From contig JAIBCB010000005.1 of NCBI GenBank assembly GCA_019694355.1, forward strand, positions 42,452-106,451: a stretch of DNA of 64,000 nucleotides. The letters are read 5' to 3'. The DNA comes from Pyrinomonadaceae bacterium. Lineage in GTDB: Bacteria; Acidobacteriota; Blastocatellia; Pyrinomonadales; Pyrinomonadaceae. The notes below the pieces were generated by a model. The model had not been told where the DNA came from. It did no database searches and saw only the letters and a program-made list of their open reading frames with translations. Below, piece by piece: positions 58,252 through 64,000 of the stretch; within the stretch, counting starts at the first letter, position 1; every line of letters begins with the position of its first letter. Made by a program: the position numbers and the translations under genes.

Positions 58252-61125
58252 TTAAGGTTTCTCACCATAAACGTCGGGATTCTGGAGCTTTCCTTTTTCG
58301 CTCGCGGGCTTTTCGACCTCAGGTACGATTCGGTTCTTCTCGGCGTAAGGGTCTTTCCGAATCCCGGTTACCTGCCACGAGACCTTTACATTCGGCTTAT
58401 CGGTCCTGATCTTGAACTTATTGCCGCTCACCTCCTCAGAGATGATCGCCTGAGCGAAGGTGCCAATGACAGTTAGTTGATAGCGAACGTCCTTATTAAG
58501 GGCTTCGAAGTAGCCGGGAAGGAGGACCGTTGCCTCACCGTTGGCATCGGTGGTGATGTTGCCGTTATAGACGTTCATCATATCGGGCGATTCGACGAAC
58601 GAATGAAAAAGGTACTTGTTGTACGGATCAAGCGGGTGATCGATCCTGAATGAGCCTGCCGCTTTTGTAAGCGTTCCCGGAATCGTTACGGTGTCCGTAG
58701 CTCGACCGATAACAATGGTGTTGTCGGTGGTCGCGAGAGCACCCGCACCGATCGCCGTTGCGAAACTCACATTCGGGCCTAGTTTTGCGTTTCGGCCGAG
58801 TGCTGTGCTGTTGGTACCTGTTAGAAGGCCATCCCCTGCGTTGTCCCCGACCAAAGTATTATCCCCGCCGGTAGTGACTGATCCCCCGGTGTAAGTGCCG
58901 AGAAAGGTGTTCCCGCCTCCGGTTGTAAGTTGGCGCCCCGCAAACGAACCAAAAATAGCGTTGTCGCTGCCGTCGGTCGTATTGAGTCCACTTTCGAATC
59001 CCACAAGCGTATCCCCAACCCCGAACCGAAGGTTTGATCCCGCAGAAAACCCGACCAGCAGGTTATAAGACTCAGGCGGGGTCGCCAGAATTCGAATGCC
59101 GTACGAGTTGTATTGTGTTGCGTCAAACTTGTTCGCTGTCCCTGTGCCGTCAATATTAAAGTTTGCTCCGGCCTGTTGGGATGTTTGGTTAAGAATCCCC
59201 GCCGGGCTTGACGCCGCGGCGATCGTAAGGGTATTCCCGGCAGGAGTAATCGTTACGTTCGGCCCGGCGGCGAGCGTTACGGCATTGTTCAGCCCGTTGA
59301 CGCTTGTTACGACGGTGCCGGCACCCGTTGCGGCGGTTGTCTGCTTTGTGCCGTCAGGAAAGATAACGCCGTTACCAGCTCCGCTGACTTTTGCGTCTCC
59401 GACAACTTCAAGTTTTGCCGTCGGCGCCGAGGTGCCGATCCCGACGTTCGCATTGTTTCCAAGGACGACTGAATTGCTTTGTGAAACGACCGCACCTCCA
59501 CCGATCGCTGTGGCGTTTGTCAACGATCCGCTCGCAACATCGGAACCAGCGCCGATAAGCGTGTTATTTGAGCCGTTCGTGTTGCTGAGACCCGCACTAT
59601 TTCCCACGAATGAATTTAAGCTTCCAAGGCTGTTTGCCCCTGCGGAAATACCAAAAAACGAATTGCGTTCGCCCGAAACGTTATTTTGTCCGGCACTGCC
59701 TCCGAAAAACGCATTGTAATTTCCGATTGTATTTTGGCTTCCCGCGACCAGACCGAAAAAGGAGTTTGCCTGACCCGTTGTATTTGAAGACCCAGCCTCG
59801 AGGCCGAAAAAGGCGTTGAAGCTTCCCGTGGTATTGACAAAACCGGCGTGGTACCCAAACAGCGAGTTCGACATGCCTGTGGTATTCGCCTGTCCGGCAG
59901 ATCGGCCAAAGAACGAGTTGAACTGTCCAGATGTGTTGGTCAGTCCTGCTTCGGAACCAAAGAAAGAGTTGTCGTCCGCTGTATTGCCCTGTCCAGCTTT
60001 GGCTCCAAAGAAAGAATTGTTTGAGCCCGATTGATTGTTCAGTCCCGAATTCATCCCAAAGTATGAGTTTTGACTGCCGGTTGTAGCCCTGAGACCCGAT
60101 ACGTAACCGTAAAAAGAGTTATCATTTCCGGTCATGTCGAATCCGCATGGAAATACATCACAACCCCCGCCACTATTGAATCCCGAGATCGTGTTGCGGT
60201 TACCCGACGTATTGTTGCTCCCGGCCCAGGTGCCCAAGAAGACGTTATTGGAACCGAGCGTGTTCAACCACCCGGCTGAATCGCCAAAAAAACTGTTGTA
60301 TCCACCAATTGTGTTCGAGAAACCGGCGACAGCGCCGATGAACGTGTTCGAACCGCCGGTTGTATTGCCGAAGCCTCCACTCTGCCCCGCGAAGGTGTTG
60401 CGCGAACCGCTCGTGTTGTTGAACCCGGCGAGATTGCCAAGAAACGTGTTAGCAACGCCAGTTGAAGTCTGCGCCTTGGAAGGACCTGCGAGACTTGAGC
60501 CCTTAGGCGTCGGTGCCGTGCCCGTATCGCTGCCTAGTACGAGGTTTCCCGATCCGTCAGAAGTCAGGACACGGTTCCCACCGAGATTGAACTGGGTCGC
60601 CGCGTTGACCGTGTCGTAAGTGGTAGAGCCGGCGACCGTTAGGTTGCCGATAAGGGTGACGTTGCCGTTCGCATCGGATTGGACAAAACGAGCGGCATCG
60701 ACACCGCCAAGCTTTGCCGAATCTTCGGATGAGCCTGCAGTACCACTCTTTATCGCGTGCGGTGCCGAAAGTATCTGCTGCCGAGGAGTCAGGGTCGTAT
60801 ACGTGTCGCCGGGCAGTTTTTTGACCGAAACCTCTAAATAGAGGTCATTTCCCGATATCGCCGCCGCTCCAAAATCAAGCTGCACGTTGAATACCCCGTC
60901 GCGAACGTTAACGTTCAAGTCCGATAGTATGCCGATCGACGTCCCGCTTGTCGCAGCGTTCCAAAGGCCGAACTGCATTATGTAAGCCCCGTTCGCGGGG
61001 ACACCTGCGTCAGTCAGCTTTCCTTGGTAGCTGAAGGCCGAAGTTTGCCCGAAGGTGTTGAAAATACCGAACGCACCAAGGATCGTGCTGATCGCAAGGC
61101 GTGCCGTTAATCTCTGAATTTTCAT
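58252..61125 (-). CDS. Secreted fibre/adhesin-like protein with many ~14-aa N-[ST]-x-x-G repeats
   Basis: Signal peptide. N-terminal FSYQGKLTDAGVPANGAYIMQFGLW... module. A long run of units such as NTFLGNLAGFNNTSGSRNTFAGQSGGFGNTTGGSNTFIGAVAGFSNTIGGYNSFFG. A conserved-looking C-terminal domain (FRIDHPLDPYNKYLFHSFVESPDMMNVYNG...KVSWQVTGIRKD). Confidence 0.75.
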   Translation of the reverse strand: MKIQRLTARLAISTILGAFGIFNTFGQTSAFSYQGKLTDAGVPANGAYIMQFGLWNAATSGTSIGILSDLNVNVRDGVFNVQLDFGAAAISGNDLYLEVSVKKLPGDTYTTLTPRQQILSAPHAIKSGTAGSSEDSAKLGGVDAARFVQSDANGNVTLIGNLTVAGSTTYDTVNAATQFNLGGNRVLTSDGSGNLVLGSDTGTAPTPKGSSLAGPSKAQTSTGVANTFLGNLAGFNNTSGSRNTFAGQSGGFGNTTGGSNTFIGAVAGFSNTIGGYNSFFGDSAGWLNTLGSNNVFLGTWAGSNNTSGNRNTISGFNSGGGCDVFPCGFDMTGNDNSFYGYVSGLRATTGSQNSYFGMNSGLNNQSGSNNSFFGAKAGQGNTADDNSFFGSEAGLTNTSGQFNSFFGRSAGQANTTGMSNSLFGYHAGFVNTTGSFNAFFGLEAGSSNTTGQANSFFGLVAGSQNTIGNYNAFFGGSAGQNNVSGERNSFFGISAGANSLGSLNSFVGNSAGLSNTNGSNNTLIGAGSDVASGSLTNATAIGGGAVVSQSNSVVLGNNANVGIGTSAPTAKLEVVGDAKVSGAGNGVIFPDGTKQTTAATGAGTVVTSVNGLNNAVTLAAGPNVTITPAGNTLTIAAASSPAGILNQTSQQAGANFNIDGTGTANKFDATQYNSYGIRILATPPESYNLLVGFSAGSNLRFGVGDTLVGFESGLNTTDGSDNAIFGSFAGRQLTTGGGNTFLGTYTGGSVTTGGDNTLVGDNAGDGLLTGTNSTALGRNAKLGPNVSFATAIGAGALATTDNTIVIGRATDTVTIPGTLTKAAGSFRIDHPLDPYNKYLFHSFVESPDMMNVYNGNITTDANGEATVLLPGYFEALNKDVRYQLTVIGTFAQAIISEEVSGNKFKIRTDKPNVKVSWQVTGIRKDPYAEKNRIVPEVEKPASEKGKLQNPDVYGEKP

Positions 61126-61226
61126 ATTCTCCTCAAAATGTGCTCTTGTGTGAGCAAGGGGAAGAACGGCAGACTTCGGTCAACGCGCCGGACGAAAGTC
61201 TGCCGCTCGGGCTCAGCGGGCGAGCC

Positions 61227-62399
61227 CTATAACCGAACGCGTGTGATCGTGCCCGGAAAGATATTCGTCACGAAAATATCGCCCGTACGGTCATCCCGGA
61301 CCATACTTGATGGCGTCGGAAGCACGGGCACCACAACCGTGCTATTGCCGTCCGCGTCGATCCGCCTCAGTCTGCCGGGCGCGTTCGCAAGTTGGTTCGT
61401 ACTGAATTCGAGCACGTAATAGCCATCCCGGCGAAAGCGTTGAGCGACGGGCATTATGTCCATTGCGGATGAAAGCCCTGTTAAGACCGTCTCACGTTCG
61501 CCGGTCCAAAGATCGACGCTTTGTACATCAGATTGTCCGGCGATGAAAGGGAAGCCGGTCAGCTCAGGAACTAGAAGCTTCCTTCCGAAACGGTGGACGT
61601 TGTCGGGTACAGGCTCAATGAATGGGCCGCCTATGGTTCCAAAAAGCGGGTTTGGCCGATTCGGGAACGCAATTACGGTCGTAAGGCTTCCGCTCAGCAG
61701 GTTCGCCTTAAGCAGTTCGTTGTATGAGGCGTCGCTTATGTAAAGATCGGGCCCGACGATTTCCAATCCGAACGGATGTGATGTCCTAACGGCATTTGGA
61801 GCATTAGGCCTCGGCTCGGGGCGATAGTCGGGAATATCAACGGCAAGGACGATAAAGACAGATGCTCCATCGGCGTTTGTGATCCTGACCCAGTGGCTCT
61901 GTGCTATATCTTCCTGATCCTTCATCGTCATGACGAATTCACTGTTGAGGGACTCGAAATGTCGCGGCAGGATCACGGCCATGACCGAACAGAACAGCGG
62001 CGATGACGGAGACTCTGTCGGATATTGCGAGCCGCCGATGTTCGTGGCACCGTCGCCGATACCTGATGCGATGAAGAGAACACGCCCGTCCAGGTCGATC
62101 GCGGTCGTTCCGTCTTGATCAGGCGGGCCGCCGAGGTTATCAACGCCGGATGGCAAACCGCTGATGAGGGTATGTCTGACGCCGGTCGTTCGATCGACCA
62201 CCGAGACCCGGCCGGTATTCGGTTCGAGGGTCCCGGCCTCGGACACGAGAAATGTATTGCCGGGCCCCTTAATGATCTTGGTCGGATGGTCCAATCCGGC
62301 GGTCACGACCTCCGTAGTTTGAGCAAAAGCGGGGATCGAGATCCCGGCGGCGAGAAGTAGTGCGAGCAAAACTCTTTCAATGGTGGCGAATTCCCTCAT
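61227..62399 (-). CDS. Secreted beta-propeller-like protein, paralog 2
   Basis: MREFATIERVLLALLLAAGISIPAFAQ signal peptide. AAGGAG lies upstream of ATG 62399. The listed 62681 start adds 94 implausible residues. Confidence 0.7.
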   Translation of the reverse strand: MREFATIERVLLALLLAAGISIPAFAQTTEVVTAGLDHPTKIIKGPGNTFLVSEAGTLEPNTGRVSVVDRTTGVRHTLISGLPSGVDNLGGPPDQDGTTAIDLDGRVLFIASGIGDGATNIGGSQYPTESPSSPLFCSVMAVILPRHFESLNSEFVMTMKDQEDIAQSHWVRITNADGASVFIVLAVDIPDYRPEPRPNAPNAVRTSHPFGLEIVGPDLYISDASYNELLKANLLSGSLTTVIAFPNRPNPLFGTIGGPFIEPVPDNVHRFGRKLLVPELTGFPFIAGQSDVQSVDLWTGERETVLTGLSSAMDIMPVAQRFRRDGYYVLEFSTNQLANAPGRLRRIDADGNSTVVVPVLPTPSSMVRDDRTGDIFVTNIFPGTITRVRL

Positions 62400-62588
62400 A
62401 GCAGCTCCTTTTTCAAAATTCGGATCGGGAGGCGATATTCGTTGCGACGAATTTAGGGTGGGTGTAAAATGGATGTCCGGTATCCCACCCAGATCTTTTA
62501 CGAACATTTTCGAGGATGGTAGATGAGCAAGGTCGGCCTTGTCTTTCAAGATTCTTGAAACTTTTCTGATTTTTGTCTGAATGTGTCG

Positions 62589-64000
62589 ATGTTGCCGAGT
62601 GGAAACAAGATCTACGAATTCGATCGGTTTAGGTTGGATGTCCACGAGCGGACCCTTTCCTGCCGAGGTGAACGCTTGCATTTGGCGGACAAAGCCTTCG
62701 ACTTGCTTTGCGCACTTGCGGACAATAGCGGTAAGCGCCTTTCAAAAAGCGAACTGCTTGAAGGGGTCTGGACTGATTCGTTCGTTGAAGAGAACACCCT
62801 GGATAAGAATATCTCGCTCCTTAGGCGGCTGTTTAGCGAGGCTAGGCCCGGGGTCGAGTTCATTGAAACGGTCCGTGGGCACGGCTATCGATTCGTGGCC
62901 CCATTGATAGAGATCGCGCCGATATTCGGCCGCACGGGTCCTGGCGTCGATGCCGCTCCTTCATCAATCGCAGTTCTGCCATTTACGAACTTTGAAAATG
63001 ATCCGAAGATAGAGTATTTCTGTGAGGGCTTGGTCGAAGAGCTGATCAATTCCCTTGCCAAGGTGCATGATCTCAAGGTCGCGGCTCGCACATCGACCTT
63101 CTCATTCAAAGGGAAGAAAATGCCGATCGCTGCAATTGCGCGAACCCTCGATGTCGAAAAGGTTCTCGAGGGGAGCCTTCGGAAAGAAGGCGACGCGTTC
63201 TTTGCGACAGTCAGGCTGATAGACGGCAAAAGCGGATATGCCATCTGGTCGGAGCAATATCATTGTCCCGTAAGCGAGATCTTCGCCCTGCAGGATGAGA
63301 TCGCATTGGCGGTCATCGGAGCTCTCAACATCCAGATGACTACTGAAGAGCGGAACGCTGTCTTGAAACGGCCTACCGCCAGCTCTCAGGCCTATCTTCT
63401 TTACTTACGAGGCCAGTATTATCGATGGCGGCCGATAAAAGAGAGTTTCTCGAATGCCTTGAAGTACTTTGAACGATCGGTCAAGGTCGATCCGAAATTC
63501 GCGCGCGGCTACTTTGGGATCTCGACCTATTTCGGATACGGCGGGGCTTGGGGCCTGCTGTCGATGCCGCCGGAAAGGTCCTGGCCGCTCGCCGAGGCGG
63601 CGGCAAGAAAAGCGATCGATCTCGATCCTTCCCTCCAAGAGCTGAGACTGTCATTTGCCGCGTTCGACCTGGTAGATCATCGGAAGCTGGATGCAGCAGA
63701 AGTGCAGATCCGTGCGATCGCGGCGGATCACCCGGACCTTCCCGAGATTCATCATATCTATTCCTTTTTGCTAGCCGTCACCGGCCGTTTTGACGAGGCG
63801 ATCGAGGAGGCCCGGCGTGCGCTTTCCCTGGACCCGTTGTCAGTGGTATTTAGCCGATTTGTCGGATCGTTCCTCTATTACGCTCGACGTTACGGAGAGG
63901 CGATCACGCAGCTTCTGGACGCCGCCGAATTGGATCCGAACAACCCGAAAGTTCACGAAGCCCTGTTCGAGGTGTACTATTCGACCGGACAGTTTGAAGT
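62589..64000 (+). CDS. CadC-like regulator, paralog 2 (wHTH - TolB-like - TPR; 3' end outside window)
   Basis: I translated this by hand. It is open from ATG 62589 to the window edge and is not in the ORF track because it has no stop. MLPSGNKIYEFDRFRLDVHERTLSCRGERLHLADKAFDLLCALADNSG...IETVRGHGYRFVAP..., then IAVLPFTNFENDPKIEYFCEGLVEELINSL, then TPR-like repeats. Confidence 0.75.
   Translation, partial: MLPSGNKIYEFDRFRLDVHERTLSCRGERLHLADKAFDLLCALADNSGKRLSKSELLEGVWTDSFVEENTLDKNISLLRRLFSEARPGVEFIETVRGHGYRFVAPLIEIAPIFGRTGPGVDAAPSSIAVLPFTNFENDPKIEYFCEGLVEELINSLAKVHDLKVAARTSTFSFKGKKMPIAAIARTLDVEKVLEGSLRKEGDAFFATVRLIDGKSGYAIWSEQYHCPVSEIFALQDEIALAVIGALNIQMTTEERNAVLKRPTASSQAYLLYLRGQYYRWRPIKESFSNALKYFERSVKVDPKFARGYFGISTYFGYGGAWGLLSMPPERSWPLAEAAARKAIDLDPSLQELRLSFAAFDLVDHRKLDAAEVQIRAIAADHPDLPEIHHIYSFLLAVTGRFDEAIEEARRALSLDPLSVVFSRFVGSFLYYARRYGEAITQLLDAAELDPNNPKVHEALFEVYYSTGQFE

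Noticed and set aside
59096-60619. Plus-strand ORFs 59096..59719 (207 aa) and 60134..60619 (161 aa) inside the fibre-like gene.
   Set aside because: They are Pro/Ala/Val-rich mirror translations of the Asn/Gly/Ser repeat DNA. The minus-strand frame has a signal peptide, a coherent repeat architecture and a conserved C-terminal domain.
61227-62681. Long N-terminal extensions of listed ORFs (62681 for the propeller paralog, and also 1105, 5853, 22555(+), 27500, 28951, 42102, 43616, 48144 and 51596).
   Set aside because: In each case an internal ATG has a better RBS or signal peptide, translational coupling, or agreement with the paralog or family N-terminus. The extension overlaps a neighbouring gene or repeat.

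Overview
This is a 64-kb bacterial chromosomal segment. GC looks to be in the mid-50s percent by eye; I did not compute it. The gene content suggests Acidobacteriota: CadC-like wHTH-TolB-TPR regulators, a Kelch/FG-GAP exoprotein, a multi-PAS GGDEF-EAL sensor and a four-domain ElbD-like lipid enzyme. That assignment is inference only.

The backbone is ordinary:
- the 3' end of a pyrimidine-nucleoside phosphorylase
- a MacB/FtsX-type ABC pair
- a BMP-type ABC importer without permease genes
- a class I aminotransferase, coaD, a LarA-like protein and secA
- a minus-strand block: methyltransferase, AlkA-like glycosylase, DUF488, CDF transporter, acyl-CoA synthetase
- metY-metX-lysC and three hydrolases/peptidases

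I recognised no rRNA, tRNA, CRISPR array, integrase or transposase. VapBC is the only clear toxin-antitoxin pair.

The non-ordinary parts are:
1. A GxxExxY (PD-(D/E)XK-fold) gene is framed by 17-nt CACGAAT-type inverted repeats. Gene-less 150-bp tandem copies and solo copies of the same repeats lie nearby.
2. A low-GC KilA-N cassette is inserted after codon 20 of the ElbD-like gene. It carries a replacement 5' end that differs from the orphaned original only at synonymous sites.
3. A low-GC islet sits downstream of that gene. It holds a decayed DUF6883/DUF4926 pair and a 474-aa orphan.
4. A 1.8-kb gene-free stretch of repeats lies between convergent genes. It contains 19-bp iteron-like repeats, ~170-bp TIR elements (one with a nested insertion), 27-nt hairpin units and a 54-bp tandem.
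5. The long metY leader contains a 24-codon poly-Cys sORF followed by an intrinsic terminator. The sORF is not in the ORF track.
6. A divergent module (secreted propeller-like protein plus CadC-like regulator) is duplicated. One copy is co-oriented with a 957-aa fibre/adhesin-like repeat protein. The second regulator (62589 to the window end) is missing from the ORF track because it has no stop codon in the window.

All family names come from motif recognition by eye. No searches were run.
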